The notes beneath the pieces are model-generated. The model ran no database searches. It was not told where the DNA came from and worked only from the letters and a program-made list of their open reading frames with translations. Shown piece after piece: positions 27,924 to 38,146 of a stretch of DNA of 64,000 bases. Made by a program: the position numbers and the translations under genes. The stretch comes from Jatrophihabitans sp. (GTDB lineage Bacteria; Actinomycetota; Actinomycetes; Mycobacteriales; Jatrophihabitantaceae), in contig DASXYU010000085.1 in assembly GCA_036502295.1 (NCBI GenBank), positions 387-64,386 on the forward strand, written 5' to 3'. Positions within the stretch are counted from its first letter, which is position 1; every line of letters starts with the position of its first letter.

Positions 27924-29135
27924 ATGTCAAACGACGCCTACATTTACGACGCGATCCGGACCCCGCGAGGCAAGGGCAAGAAAGGTGCGCTCTACGGGAC
28001 CAAGCCCGTCGATCTTGTCGTCGGGCTGGTCGCCGAGTTGCGTTCCCGCTTCCCGGGTCTGGATCCGTCCTACATAGACGACCTCGTCCTCGGCGTCGTC
28101 ACCCCGCTGGGTGACCAGGGCGGTGACATCGCGAAGGCAGCGGCACTGGCTGCCGGGCTGCCAGAGACCGTCGCGGGGCTGCAGGTCAACCGGTTCTGCG
28201 CCTCAGGGCTGGAGGCGACGAATATTGCCGCCGCCAAGGTCGCCTCAGGCTGGGACCGCCTGATCCTGGCAGGCGGTGTCGAGTCGATGTCCCGCGTTCC
28301 GATGTTTTCCGATGGCGGGCCGCTGTTCAACGATCCGGCCATCACGTATGACCATTACATCGCTCCGCAGGGAATCGGCGCGGATCTCATCGCCACCATC
28401 GAGGGCTTCACTCGCGAGGACGTAGATCGTTACGCCATTCTGTCGCAGCAGCGGGCCGACACGGCCTGGCGCGAAGGCCGCTTCAAGCGCTCGGTGGTTC
28501 CGGTAGTGGATGGCAACGGTGTCACGATCCTTGACTACGACGAGCATCGCCGGCCCGAGTCGACCGTCGAGTCGCTGGGCAGTCTGCGTCCATCATTCGC
28601 AGAGCCCGGCCGCAGCCTCGGGTACGACGCAGTGGCGCTACAGAAATACCACTGGATCGAGCAGATCGAGCACGTCCACACCGGCGGCAACTCCTCCGGC
28701 ATCGTCGACGGTGCGGCGCTCGTCCTGCTCGGCTCCGAGGAGGCGGGCCGGGACCTAGGCCTGCAGCCTCGCGGTCGCATCGTCGCCACCGCCATCACCG
28801 GTTCCGATCCGACGATCATGCTCACCGGGCCTGAGCCGGCAACCCGCAAAGCACTTGCGACCGCAGGACTCGAACTCGATGACATCGACCTGTTCGAGAT
28901 CAACGAAGCATTCGCTTCTGTCGTCCTCAAGTGGATCAAGGACCTCCGCCTGCCCACGGAGAAGGTCAACATCAATGGCGGCGCCATCGCGATGGGGCAT
29001 CCGCTCGGCGCAACCGGCGCCATGCTCGTCTCCACCGTCCTTGACGAACTCGAGCGGCGCGAGGCGCGGCGGGGGCTCATCACCCTCTGCGTCGGCGGCG
29101 GCATGGGAATCGCCACCATCATCGAACGCCTCTAG
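27924..29135 (+). CDS. fadA: Acetyl-CoA C-acyltransferase (thiolase)
   Basis: Active-site [42 protein letters not shown] present. Confidence 0.93.
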   Translation: MSNDAYIYDAIRTPRGKGKKGALYGTKPVDLVVGLVAELRSRFPGLDPSYIDDLVLGVVTPLGDQGGDIAKAAALAAGLPETVAGLQVNRFCASGLEATNIAAAKVASGWDRLILAGGVESMSRVPMFSDGGPLFNDPAITYDHYIAPQGIGADLIATIEGFTREDVDRYAILSQQRADTAWREGRFKRSVVPVVDGNGVTILDYDEHRRPESTVESLGSLRPSFAEPGRSLGYDAVALQKYHWIEQIEHVHTGGNSSGIVDGAALVLLGSEEAGRDLGLQPRGRIVATAITGSDPTIMLTGPEPATRKALATAGLELDDIDLFEINEAFASVVLKWIKDLRLPTEKVNINGGAIAMGHPLGATGAMLVSTVLDELERREARRGLITLCVGGGMGIATIIERL

Positions 29136-29161
29136 CCCGCTCAGCGAGGAGCCTGCACAGA

Positions 29162-31303
29162 ATGACCACCACCATCCGATGGAATATCGACGCGGACGGC
29201 ATCGTCACCCTCACCTTGGACGACCCGAACGCCACGGCGAACACCATGACGCAGCAGTTCGTCGTCGATCTGACCGACACAGTCAACCGCCTTTACGTCG
29301 AGAGAGAGAGCGTCATCGGCGTGGTCCTCACCTCGGCGAAGAAGACATTCTTCGCCGGCGGTGACCTCCATGAGTTGGTCGAACTCCAGCCCGAGGACGC
29401 GCCACGGTTCACCGAACATCTGAACCATGTGAAGAGCCAGTTGCGCGCCTTGGAGACGCTCGGCAGACCCGTGGTGTCCGCGATCAATGGTGCCGCTCTC
29501 GGCGGGGGACTCGAACTCGCCCTAGCGACCCACCATCGCCTCGCCGCCGACGTGGCGGGCAACCAGATCGGGCTGCCCGAAGTTGGGCTCGGCTTGCTGC
29601 CGGCCGGCGGCGGCATCGTCCGCACGAGCCGGCTACTCGGCGTCACCACTGCTGTGGAGCGGGTGCTGTCGTCGGGGACTCGGTACACCCCGCGTGCTGC
29701 ACTGAAACTCGGTCTGGTCGATGAGGTCCTCGCGGATTCATCGACCCTGATAACGCGAGCCAAGGAGTGGATTTTCGCCAACCCCGACGCGGCGCAGCCT
29801 TGGGACACGCCCGGGTACACCATTCCCGGCGGAACACCCACTCGTGGCCCGCTGTCGGCGCAGGTCAGCCACCTCTCCGCCACGCTACGCAGCCAAACCA
29901 ACGGAGCACCCGCACCAGCCGAGCGGGCGATTCTCGCTGCAGCGGTTGAAGGGGCAGCAGTGGACATCGACACCGCCGAGCTCATCGAGACGCGCTACTT
30001 CATCGGTTTGGCGACTGGGCAGATCGCCAAGAATCGCATCAACCTGACCTTCTTCGATGCCCAGCGCATCAAGGCGGGCGGAAGTCGGCCAACTGGCCAG
30101 TCGCGGTTTCGCTCCAGCAGACTCGGCGTCGTCGGCGCGGGCATGATGGGTGCCGGCATCGCCTACGCCGCCGCGCGAGCCGGCATCGAGGTCGTTCTCG
30201 TCGACGTGTCCTTGTCAGCAGCGCAGATGGGCAAGCAGTACGCCGAGCGAGCTGAAGCCAAGGCGGTGGAGACCGGCCGCTCGAGCGCGAATTCCGCAGA
30301 CTTGGTGCTGTCCCGCATTCGTCCAACGGACGATATGGCGAATCTTACCGCGGTCGATTTCGTGATCGAAGCGGTCTTCGAGAACGCCGAACTCAAGGCC
30401 AAGGTCTTCGGGCAGATCGAGACCTCCGTCGCCGAGACCGCAGTCCTCGGCTCGAACACTTCCACCCTTCCCATCACCGTGCTCGCCGCTGCCGTCAGCA
30501 GACCCGCGGACTTCGTGGGCGTGCACTTCTTCTCCCCAGCCGACCGCATGCCACTCGTTGAACTCATCAGGGGCAAGCAAACGTCGCAGGCCGCACTCGC
30601 CAAGGCATACGACCTGGTCCTCCAACTTGGCAAGACTCCGATCGTCGTCAACGACAGTCGCGGGTTCTTCACCAGCCGAGTGATCACGGCCCGCCTGAAC
30701 GAAGCCGTAGGGATGCTCGGCGAAGGCGTGAACCCCGTCAGCATCGAGCAGGCATCGCTGCAGGCCGGCTACCCTACTGGGACGCTCCAGCTGCTCGACG
30801 AGCTCACTCTTACCCTCCCGCGCACGATCAGAGAAAAAGCCGAAGCAGCAGCAACGGTCGACGGCCGCGTTTGGGCTTCGCATCCGAGCGAAGCAGCGTT
30901 CGACCGTCTCATTGACGGCTACGGGCGGGTGGGGCGTGCGGCAGGCAGCGGTCTCTACGACTACGTCGACGGCAAGCGAAAGGCCCTTTGGTCCGGACTG
31001 GCCGAATGCTTCCCGCCCGCGGCTGTGCAGCCCCCGTTCACCGACCTGATTGACCGGCTACTGTTCGCCGAGGCACTCGAGGCGTGGCGCGTTTATGACG
31101 CCGGCGTGATCGAGTCCGCCGCCGACGCCAATGTCGGCTCTCATTTGGGCATCGGCTTCCCGGCATGGACCGGCGGCGCGCTGCGTTACATCGACCAATA
31201 CCCCGGTGGTCGTGGGCGCTTTGTTGAACGCTCCAGAGAACTTGCCGAGAGGTACGGGGCGCATTTCACGCCATCGCCCTCAATGTTGGCAACGGCAGGC
31301 TAA
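29162..31303 (+). CDS. fadB: Multifunctional enoyl-CoA hydratase / 3-hydroxyacyl-CoA dehydrogenase
   Basis: N-terminal crotonase (FFAGGDL, AINGAALGGG) plus NAD-binding VGVVGAGMMGAGIA and 3HCDH C-terminal domains. Confidence 0.93.
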   Translation: MTTTIRWNIDADGIVTLTLDDPNATANTMTQQFVVDLTDTVNRLYVERESVIGVVLTSAKKTFFAGGDLHELVELQPEDAPRFTEHLNHVKSQLRALETLGRPVVSAINGAALGGGLELALATHHRLAADVAGNQIGLPEVGLGLLPAGGGIVRTSRLLGVTTAVERVLSSGTRYTPRAALKLGLVDEVLADSSTLITRAKEWIFANPDAAQPWDTPGYTIPGGTPTRGPLSAQVSHLSATLRSQTNGAPAPAERAILAAAVEGAAVDIDTAELIETRYFIGLATGQIAKNRINLTFFDAQRIKAGGSRPTGQSRFRSSRLGVVGAGMMGAGIAYAAARAGIEVVLVDVSLSAAQMGKQYAERAEAKAVETGRSSANSADLVLSRIRPTDDMANLTAVDFVIEAVFENAELKAKVFGQIETSVAETAVLGSNTSTLPITVLAAAVSRPADFVGVHFFSPADRMPLVELIRGKQTSQAALAKAYDLVLQLGKTPIVVNDSRGFFTSRVITARLNEAVGMLGEGVNPVSIEQASLQAGYPTGTLQLLDELTLTLPRTIREKAEAAATVDGRVWASHPSEAAFDRLIDGYGRVGRAAGSGLYDYVDGKRKALWSGLAECFPPAAVQPPFTDLIDRLLFAEALEAWRVYDAGVIESAADANVGSHLGIGFPAWTGGALRYIDQYPGGRGRFVERSRELAERYGAHFTPSPSMLATAG

Positions 31304-31321
31304 GCCGTTGCCCGGCGGCGG

Positions 31322-32599
31322 TCAGTCCTTGAGCGCCTCGGTGAGCGGAACGGCGGCGAGTTCGATCTGCCAGGGGCGGGCGCCGAGCTGAGTCAGTGCC
31401 TCGGTCACCGAGGTACCGTCGATGACCGACGGCGGTTCCCAGGCGAGGCGGCGCAGGATGTCAGACGGCAGCAGGTTTTGGGCGAGGACGGAGTGCTCCT
31501 CGGCAAGGGCGTTGACCACGTCGCGGCCGCGGGCGAGGCGGTCGGCTGCCACCGGATCACGATCACGCCAGCGCGCCGCGGGCGGCACGGCATCCGTGGC
31601 CGGTCCGGCAGTGGGCGGAAGCTCCGACTCAGGCAGGGCAAGCGCCGTCTCGATCGCCGCGAACCAACGCCCCAGCTGACGCTTCTGCCGCGGTCCGCCG
31701 AATACCGACAGCGCGCCAAGATCCGCGGACTTCTTCGGCATCGCCCTTGCCGCGTCGATGATCGCGGAGTCGGGCAGGATGCGCCCCGGCGCGACATCGC
31801 GGCTGGCCGCGTACTCGTCGCGGGTGTACCAGAGCGCACGCACCACGCCGAGCTGGGGACGTCCTCGCAGCTTGTGAATGCCGGAGGTGCGCCGCCACGG
31901 ATCCACGCGCGGAGCGGGCGGTGGCGCGGTGCGCTCGGCCTCGAACTCCTGATGCGCCCAGTCGAGTTTGCCGGCGTCCTCCAGCAGTCCTGCCAGGACG
32001 TCACGCAATTGGACCAGCAGTTCGACGTCGAGCGCGGCATAGACGAGCCAATCGTGCGGCAGCGGACGCGTGGACCAGTCCGCGGCGGAGTGCCCCTTCT
32101 CCAGCCGCACTCCGAGGTGCTGCTCCACCATCGTGCCGAGCGCCACCCGCTCGACGCCGAGCAGCCGGCCGGCGAGCTCGGTGTCGAAGAGCGTCGCCGG
32201 GCGCAGGCCGATCTCGGCGAGGCAGGGCAGGTCCTGGTTCGCCGCGTGCAGGATCCACTCGGGCGGCTCAGACGCGGTGTCACCGATCACCGCATTCAGC
32301 CCGGCCAGCGCCGGCAGTTCGATCGGGTCGATGAGGACGGTGCCCACACCCTCGCGACGCAGCTGCACGAGGTAGGCGCGCTGGCTGTAGCGGTAGCCCG
32401 ACGCGCGCTCGGCATCGACCGCCAGCGGGCCGTGCCCCGCGCCCATCGCCGCGATGAGAGCGGTGAGCTCCGCGCTCGTGGTGAGCGTGTCGGGGACGCC
32501 GTCTGTGGGTTCAGCGAGCAGCGGGAGCTGCGCCGGCTCGTCGGGGGCAACGTCCTCGGTCGGCTCGTCCTCGCCGGTGTTCGATGCGGTATCGCTCAC
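31322..32599 (-). CDS. rnd: Ribonuclease D-like 3'-5' exonuclease with HRDC domain
   Basis: DEDD exonuclease motifs (AVDAERASGYRYSQRAYLVQL, ILHAANQDL, YAALDVELL). GTG 32599 chosen; the extension to 32713 was rejected. Confidence 0.85.
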   Translation of the reverse strand: MSDTASNTGEDEPTEDVAPDEPAQLPLLAEPTDGVPDTLTTSAELTALIAAMGAGHGPLAVDAERASGYRYSQRAYLVQLRREGVGTVLIDPIELPALAGLNAVIGDTASEPPEWILHAANQDLPCLAEIGLRPATLFDTELAGRLLGVERVALGTMVEQHLGVRLEKGHSAADWSTRPLPHDWLVYAALDVELLVQLRDVLAGLLEDAGKLDWAHQEFEAERTAPPPAPRVDPWRRTSGIHKLRGRPQLGVVRALWYTRDEYAASRDVAPGRILPDSAIIDAARAMPKKSADLGALSVFGGPRQKRQLGRWFAAIETALALPESELPPTAGPATDAVPPAARWRDRDPVAADRLARGRDVVNALAEEHSVLAQNLLPSDILRRLAWEPPSVIDGTSVTEALTQLGARPWQIELAAVPLTEALKD

Positions 32600-32615
32600 G
32601 TTCGGTCGGCTGGCC

Positions 32616-33209
32616 TTACTGGGGCGCGAGGATCGTGATGCCCTCGGGAGGCAGCCCGGCGGCGACACAGAGCAGATCGACGAAGGCGAGCAGGTGGGGT
32701 GCCATGTCCGCATCGTCCGCCGTCCAGGACGCGCGTACCTCGAGACCCACCGACGATTGCGGCCCGGCGAGGTCGCCGAAGCGCGTCGAACTGGTCTGCG
32801 TCACTGTGCCTCCCGCGGCGCGGTAGGCGGCCGCGCGCTCGGTGAGGGCGTCGGCGAGCCAGCTCCATCCCACCCGCGGCAGCATCGGGTCGACGCCCAT
32901 CTCGGGATCGAGTTCGGCCGAGGCGTAGGCGACCAGCCGCAGCACGCCCTCCCACGCGTCGATGCCGTCAGGATCGTGCAGCAGGACGAGGCGGCCGGTG
33001 GCGAGTTCGGCGCCGTCAGGACCGGTCACATCGGCGGAAAGGGCGTAGCTCCACGGCGCGAGTCGCTGCGGAGGCCGGATCGGTTCTACGCGGACCTCGC
33101 TGCGCACCGTGGTGGCTTCAAGGCTCTCGACTGCCGCCCGGAAGAGTTCAGGACGGGGCTTCGGAGTCTCGGCCGTACCGCCGCTCTGCGCGGCGGAGTC
33201 GTCGCCCAT
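32616..33209 (-). CDS. DUF3000-domain protein
   Basis: Conserved actinobacterial partner of rnd and hemE. ATG 33209 gives a 198-aa protein beginning MGDDSAAQSGG...RPELFRAAVESL. Confidence 0.75.
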   Translation of the reverse strand: MGDDSAAQSGGTAETPKPRPELFRAAVESLEATTVRSEVRVEPIRPPQRLAPWSYALSADVTGPDGAELATGRLVLLHDPDGIDAWEGVLRLVAYASAELDPEMGVDPMLPRVGWSWLADALTERAAAYRAAGGTVTQTSSTRFGDLAGPQSSVGLEVRASWTADDADMAPHLLAFVDLLCVAAGLPPEGITILAPQ

Positions 33210-33439
33210 TCGTGCCACCTTTCGCAGCCGCGCTGTTCCCGCTGAACCCGTACCCGATCGCCCGGTATCCGATGAACCTGGCCGCGCGCTCATGCGGCGC
33301 GCTGGTGGGAGACGTGCATAGATTTCAAGATCCCACTTCGGGAGGACGGTTGACAGCAGGCGCGCCGCATTGGTCTCGGCGCGCCTGCTCACCACGGTAG
33401 GACGAAGCTCTCCGAGGACGGTCCGGTGGGCGTGGGAGG

Positions 33440-34498
33440 ATGCTGTCGATGAGCATTCAGCCGAATCCTGCCGAATCCCTGCTGGTACGGACGGCCCACG
33501 GGCAGCCCGGTGAGCACCCACCGGTCTGGTTCATGCGACAGGCCGGACGGTCGCTGCCCGAGTACCGCGCGCTGCGCGCCGGCAACGCAATGCTCGACGC
33601 CTGCCGCGACCCCGATCTCATCACCGAGATCACGCTGCAACCGGTGCAGCGGCATGACGTCGATGCGGCGATCTTCTTCTCCGACATCGTCTTGCCGCTG
33701 GTCGCGATCGGTGTCGGCATGGACATCGTCGCCGGCGTGGGGCCGGTGGTCGACCATCCGATCCGTGAGACCAAGGACCTGGACGTCCTGCGGGCACTTG
33801 AGCCGGGCGACGTCAGCTACATCACGGCTGCGGTGAAGACATTGGCGGGCGAACTGGGCGGCACTCCGCTCATCGGATTCGCCGGGGCGCCGTTCACGCT
33901 GGCGAGCTACCTCATCGAGGGCGGACCGTCGCGCGAGCACGCCAAGACCAAGGCGATGATGCACGGTCAGCCCGTCCTCTGGAACGCGCTGCTGAACCGC
34001 CTCGCCCTCATCTCCGGTGAGTTCCTGCGCGTGCAGGTCGAGGCCGGGGCGTCTGCGGTGCAGCTCTTCGACTCCTGGGCCGGCGCGCTGTCGAAGGCCG
34101 ACTACGAACGCTACGTCCTGCCGCACAGCACGCTCGCGCTGTCGGCGGTCAGCAGCCAGGCACTGGCCGTCGAGTCTGTGCCGAAGATCCACTTCGGGGT
34201 AGGGACGGGCGAGCTGCTGGCGAGCATGCGGTCGGCCGGCGCCGACGTCGTCGGCGTCGACTGGCGAGTGCCGCTCGACGAAGCCGCGCGGCGACTCGGG
34301 CCGGGCGCGGTCGTGCAGGGCAACCTCGACCCCGCGTTCCTACAGGCCGAGTGGTCGGTGATCGAACGCGAGACTCGCCGCATCGTCACCGAAGGACGCA
34401 GCGCTGCCGGGCACATCTTCAACCTCGGTCATGGCGTGCCGCCGGACACCGACCCCGACGTCCTCACCCGTCTCGTCGAGCTGGTCCATTCGCTGTGA
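33440..34498 (+). CDS. hemE: Uroporphyrinogen decarboxylase
   Basis: [17 protein letters not shown] signature; full-length URO-D pattern. Confidence 0.94.
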   Translation: MLSMSIQPNPAESLLVRTAHGQPGEHPPVWFMRQAGRSLPEYRALRAGNAMLDACRDPDLITEITLQPVQRHDVDAAIFFSDIVLPLVAIGVGMDIVAGVGPVVDHPIRETKDLDVLRALEPGDVSYITAAVKTLAGELGGTPLIGFAGAPFTLASYLIEGGPSREHAKTKAMMHGQPVLWNALLNRLALISGEFLRVQVEAGASAVQLFDSWAGALSKADYERYVLPHSTLALSAVSSQALAVESVPKIHFGVGTGELLASMRSAGADVVGVDWRVPLDEAARRLGPGAVVQGNLDPAFLQAEWSVIERETRRIVTEGRSAAGHIFNLGHGVPPDTDPDVLTRLVELVHSL

Positions 34499-35910
34499 GG
34501 ACGGTCGTCGTCGTTGGCGGCGGGATCTCGGGACTGGCCGCGGCACACTTCCTCACCGAGGCCGGCCAGGACGTGGTCGTGCTCGAGGCGAGCGGCGAGG
34601 TGGGTGGCAAACTCAAGACGGGGACGATCGCCGGGATCGATGTCGACCTCGGCGCCGAGTCCGTGCTGGCGCGGCGCCCCGAGGCGCTCGGGCTCATCGG
34701 CGCAGTCGGCCTACAGGACGAGGTCATCGCACCGAGTACCACGGCCGCCTCGGTACGCGTCGGCGGCGTGCTCCGTCCGCTGCCGCGCAAGACGATGCTC
34801 GGCGTGCCGGCCGATCTCGACGCGGTTCGCGAGTCGGGTGTACTGAGCGAGGGCGGACTGGCGCTGCTCGCCGCCGAACCGTCGCGTGAGCCGCTACCGC
34901 CGATCACCGAGGACGTGTCGGTGGGGCGGCTCGTCCGTGACCGTCTCGGCGACGAGGTGGCGGACCGACTTGTGGAGCCGCTGCTCGGCGGTGTCTACGC
35001 CGGGCGCGCCGACAACCTCTCGCTGCGGGCAACGATGCCTGCGCTGGCCAGGGCGCTCACCGAGGGCGGCTCGCTCGTGGCGGCTGCGCAGCGGGTAACC
35101 GACGTCGGCACGCACGACCCAGGCACGGCCGGCCCAGTCTTCGCCTCGTTACGAGGTGGGATCGGCACACTGCCGCAGGCGCTGGCGAAGACGCTGAACG
35201 TCCGCACGAATGTCACGGTTCGTGCGATCGAGCGCACGGCTAGAGGTTTTCGGCTCGTTTGCGGGGCCGTCCCCGACACCACGGTGATCGAGGCGGATGC
35301 CGTCGTGCTCGCTGTGCCGGCGCCGAAGGCTGCGCGACTGCTCGCCGATCTGGCGCCTGCCGCGTCGCGGGAGCTGGCCGGGGTCGAGACCGCCAGCATG
35401 GCGCTGACGACATTCGCCTTCCGCGACGTCGAGCTCCCGGTGGGCAGTGGGCTCTTGGTCGGTGCCCGTGAGGGTCTTGCAGTGAAGGCCGTAACGGTGA
35501 GCTCGCACAAGTGGCCGATGGAGACCAGCGGGGGTACCCCCATCAACAAGGGCGTAGCCGATGGGGGGGACATCACGGTGCTGCGGGCCAGCGTCGGTCG
35601 CGCGGGGGAGACCGAGAGCCTGCAGCGTGAGGACGCAGACCTCGTCGCGCTGGTGCGCCGCGACCTGCGGGCGCTGCTCGGCCTCACCGCCGAACCGGTC
35701 GACACGATCGTCACCCGCTGGGGCGGCGGCCTGCCGCAGTACGCGGTGGGGCATCCGGAGAAGGTCGAGCGGATCAGGACGTCCGTGGCCTCGGTTCCGG
35801 GGCTCGCTGTTGCCGGCGCCACCTATGACGGAGTCGGCATCCCGGCCTGCATCGCGTCGGCACGTGCGGCTGCCGACCGCGTCCTCGCGCAACTCGCGCA
35901 CCCACGCTGA
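34495..35910 (+). CDS. hemY: Protoporphyrinogen/coproporphyrinogen III oxidase (HemY/CgoX type)
   Basis: GTG 34495 overlaps the hemE TGA (GTGA). FAD motif [14 protein letters not shown]...[10 protein letters not shown]. Confidence 0.9.
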   Translation: MRTVVVVGGGISGLAAAHFLTEAGQDVVVLEASGEVGGKLKTGTIAGIDVDLGAESVLARRPEALGLIGAVGLQDEVIAPSTTAASVRVGGVLRPLPRKTMLGVPADLDAVRESGVLSEGGLALLAAEPSREPLPPITEDVSVGRLVRDRLGDEVADRLVEPLLGGVYAGRADNLSLRATMPALARALTEGGSLVAAAQRVTDVGTHDPGTAGPVFASLRGGIGTLPQALAKTLNVRTNVTVRAIERTARGFRLVCGAVPDTTVIEADAVVLAVPAPKAARLLADLAPAASRELAGVETASMALTTFAFRDVELPVGSGLLVGAREGLAVKAVTVSSHKWPMETSGGTPINKGVADGGDITVLRASVGRAGETESLQREDADLVALVRRDLRALLGLTAEPVDTIVTRWGGGLPQYAVGHPEKVERIRTSVASVPGLAVAGATYDGVGIPACIASARAAADRVLAQLAHPR

Positions 35911-35942
35911 TTGTTGCTCTCGCAACGGTGGAGAATGACGCT

Positions 35943-36650
35943 ATGGCAGAAGGAAAGATCGACGGCAAGACGGCGCGCGAACTGAACAAGGTCATCCGCT
36001 ACACCACGTGGTCGGTCTTCAGGTCCGTCAAGCCGCTGGGTGAGGGTGACCGCACTTCGCTCGGTGCCGAGGTGCAGGCCCTCTTCGACCAGTTGGAGAG
36101 CAAGGACGTCACCGTCCGCGGCAGCTACGACGTGAGCGCGCTGCGTGCCGATGCCGATCTGATGATCTGGTGGCACGCCAGCAGCGCCGAGGAGCTGCAA
36201 GAGGCCTACAGCCGCTTCCGCCGCACCGTCCTCGGATCCCACCTCGAACCAGTCTGGTCGAACATGGCGCTGCATCGGCAGGCCGAGTTCAACTCAAGCC
36301 ACGTCCCGGCGTTCCTCGCCGGGGAGGAACCCAAGCGATTCGTCTGCGTCTATCCCTTCGTCCGCTCGTATGACTGGTACCTGCTGCCGGACGAGGAGCG
36401 GCGGCAGATGCTCGCCGACCACGGGATGAAGGCAAGGACCTACCCGGACGTGCGGGCGAACACCGTGGCGTCCTTCGCCCTCGGCGACTACGAGTGGATC
36501 CTCGCCTTCGAGGCCGACGAGCTGCACCGCATCGTCGACCTCATGCGTGACATGCGTGCCACGGAGGCGCGCCGCCACGTCCGCGAGGAGCTGCCGTTCT
36601 ACACCGGTACCCGCCGCGCGATCTCCGAAATCGTTGAGAGTTTGCCGTAA
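35943..36650 (+). CDS. hemQ: Coproheme decarboxylase (chlorite-dismutase-family heme synthase)
   Basis: Chlorite dismutase-like fold pattern and a position after hemE-hemY. ATG 35943 is preferred over GTG 35928. Confidence 0.85.
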   Translation: MAEGKIDGKTARELNKVIRYTTWSVFRSVKPLGEGDRTSLGAEVQALFDQLESKDVTVRGSYDVSALRADADLMIWWHASSAEELQEAYSRFRRTVLGSHLEPVWSNMALHRQAEFNSSHVPAFLAGEEPKRFVCVYPFVRSYDWYLLPDEERRQMLADHGMKARTYPDVRANTVASFALGDYEWILAFEADELHRIVDLMRDMRATEARRHVREELPFYTGTRRAISEIVESLP

Positions 36651-36661
36651 ATGGCGGAGAG

Positions 36662-36786
36662 GTAAGCCTGAGTGCTGGCTTACGGAAGGTCACCAGCTCT
36701 GCGCCTGGCCGAAGGCCGTGGCGACCGCAGGTCGCCCTGGCGCGACACCCGATGCGCGAAGCGCGTTCGTCGACCGAAGGTCGACG
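36662..36786. terminator. Three consecutive GC-rich stem-loops between convergent hemQ and the LLM oxidoreductase gene
   Basis: GTAAGCC-n8-GGCTTAC (36662-36683), GGCGACC-GCA-GGTCGCC (36720-36736), CGTCGACC-GAA-GGTCGACG (36768-36786). Confidence 0.5.
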
Positions 36787-36791
36787 GTGTC

Positions 36792-37664
36792 TCAGAAAGA
36801 GGCTGCGACGGGGATTATTTTTTCGCGGTAGAGCTCGATGAGGCGCAGGTCCTGCACCTCGGGAAGTCGGCTGTGCACATGCGCGACGCCGAGATCAGAC
36901 AGTCGTTGTAACCCGGCGAGGAACTCGTCCAGACCGGTGCCGTCCGGCGCGGGCGTGTCGTGCGACATGATCGTCTTCTCGATCGTGTCGTAGTCGCGAC
37001 CGATAGCCGCACAGTGCTCCCGCAGGACGTCGAGCTTGTGCTCGAGGTCGGGGGAGTCGAAGAGATTGCACGCGTCCGCGTACTGCGCGACGAGGCGTAG
37101 CGTCTTCTTCTCGCCGCCGCCACCGATGAGGATGGGTGGATGCGGGCGACTTAGTGCCTGCGGCACGTTGAGCGTCCGTCCCAGCTGGTAGTGCTTGCCC
37201 GTGAACGGGTCGTCCGACTCGCTCCACATCTGCAGCACGATCTGCAGAGCCTCCTCGAGGCGCTCGAAGCGCTCGGCGGTACCGGGAAACTCAAGCCCGA
37301 GTCCGGCCGATTCCTCGTCGTTCCAGGCGGCGCCGATGCCGAGCATGGCCCGTCCTTCGGAGAGCACGTCGAGCGTGGTGACGGCTTTGGCGAGCAGGCC
37401 GGGCGCGCGGTACACGGCGGCGGTGACCCAGGCGAGCAGCTGCGCGCGGTTGGTCTTCGCGGCGAGGTAGCCGAGCGCGGTGTACGCCTCGAGCATGTCG
37501 TTCTCGGCCGGGCCGATCATGTGGATCTGCCAGACGTGGTCCATCACGCTGATCCGCGCGAAGCCGGCGTCATCGGCCGCCTCGGCGATGCGTCCCAGGT
37601 CGACCGCGAGAGTGGTGGTTCCGCCCGGCCAGGTGAAATCAGCGATGTGCAGGCCGAGCTTCAC
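36792..37664 (-). CDS. LLM-class (luciferase-like) F420-dependent oxidoreductase
   Basis: VKLGLHIADFTWPGG... is a typical LLM N-terminus. GTG 37664 overlaps the msrB TGA (GTGA). The 124-aa Arg/His-rich extension to 38036 was rejected. Confidence 0.85.
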   Translation of the reverse strand: MKLGLHIADFTWPGGTTTLAVDLGRIAEAADDAGFARISVMDHVWQIHMIGPAENDMLEAYTALGYLAAKTNRAQLLAWVTAAVYRAPGLLAKAVTTLDVLSEGRAMLGIGAAWNDEESAGLGLEFPGTAERFERLEEALQIVLQMWSESDDPFTGKHYQLGRTLNVPQALSRPHPPILIGGGGEKKTLRLVAQYADACNLFDSPDLEHKLDVLREHCAAIGRDYDTIEKTIMSHDTPAPDGTGLDEFLAGLQRLSDLGVAHVHSRLPEVQDLRLIELYREKIIPVAASF

Positions 37665-38083
37665 GCGCCCTCTTCCTCGAACGTGAGTGAGATGGAGTTG
37701 ATGCAGTACCGCAGGTCGGTGGGCGTCTCGTAGCCCTCTCCGGCGAAGACGTGCCCCAGGTGGCTGTGACAGTTCGCGCAGATGACTTCCGTGCGAGCCA
37801 TGCCGTGGGAGTAGTCGATGCGCTCGATGACGGAGCCGCCGGCGAGCGGGGTGAAGAAGCTCGGCCAGCCGCAGTGCGAGTCGAACTTGCCGTCGCTGCG
37901 GAAGAGTTCGGAGCCACACGCCCTGCAGCGGTAGACACCGGTGCGGTGATTGTCGGTGTACTCGCCGATGAAGGGAGCTTCGGTGCCTGCCTCGCGAAGC
38001 ACGCGATACTCGCCCGGACTGAGCTGCTCGTGCCACTCGTCCTCTGACTTGCTGACTGTGGGGGCGGGAAGTTGATCAGTCAT
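37661..38083 (-). CDS. msrB: Peptide-methionine (R)-S-oxide reductase
   Basis: Zn CxxC pairs (CRACGSELF, CANCHSHLGHVF), GWPSF, and catalytic RYCINS. Confidence 0.93.
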   Translation of the reverse strand: MTDQLPAPTVSKSEDEWHEQLSPGEYRVLREAGTEAPFIGEYTDNHRTGVYRCRACGSELFRSDGKFDSHCGWPSFFTPLAGGSVIERIDYSHGMARTEVICANCHSHLGHVFAGEGYETPTDLRYCINSISLTFEEEGA

Positions 38084-38146
38084 GTTCTTCACGGTACGCC
38101 GCGAGTGGTGGCGCGTGGGTGCTCGTCCTCGATTACCGTGACTGCC

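Noticed and set aside
26932-27930. A 332-aa HAD hydrolase with a ~100-aa N-terminal extension reaching the fadA start.
   Set aside because: The extension is Arg/Gly/Pro-rich and would overlap the divergent fadA start codon. The HAD motif I (DVDGT) lies about 15 aa after a TTG with a GGAAGGA RBS at 27657. The start remains uncertain.
36792-38036. A 414-aa version of the LLM oxidoreductase with a 124-aa N-terminal extension.
   Set aside because: The extension is Arg/His-rich and lies entirely antisense-frame within msrB. GTG 37664 forms a GTGA junction with the msrB stop and gives the canonical LLM N-terminus VKLGLHIADF.
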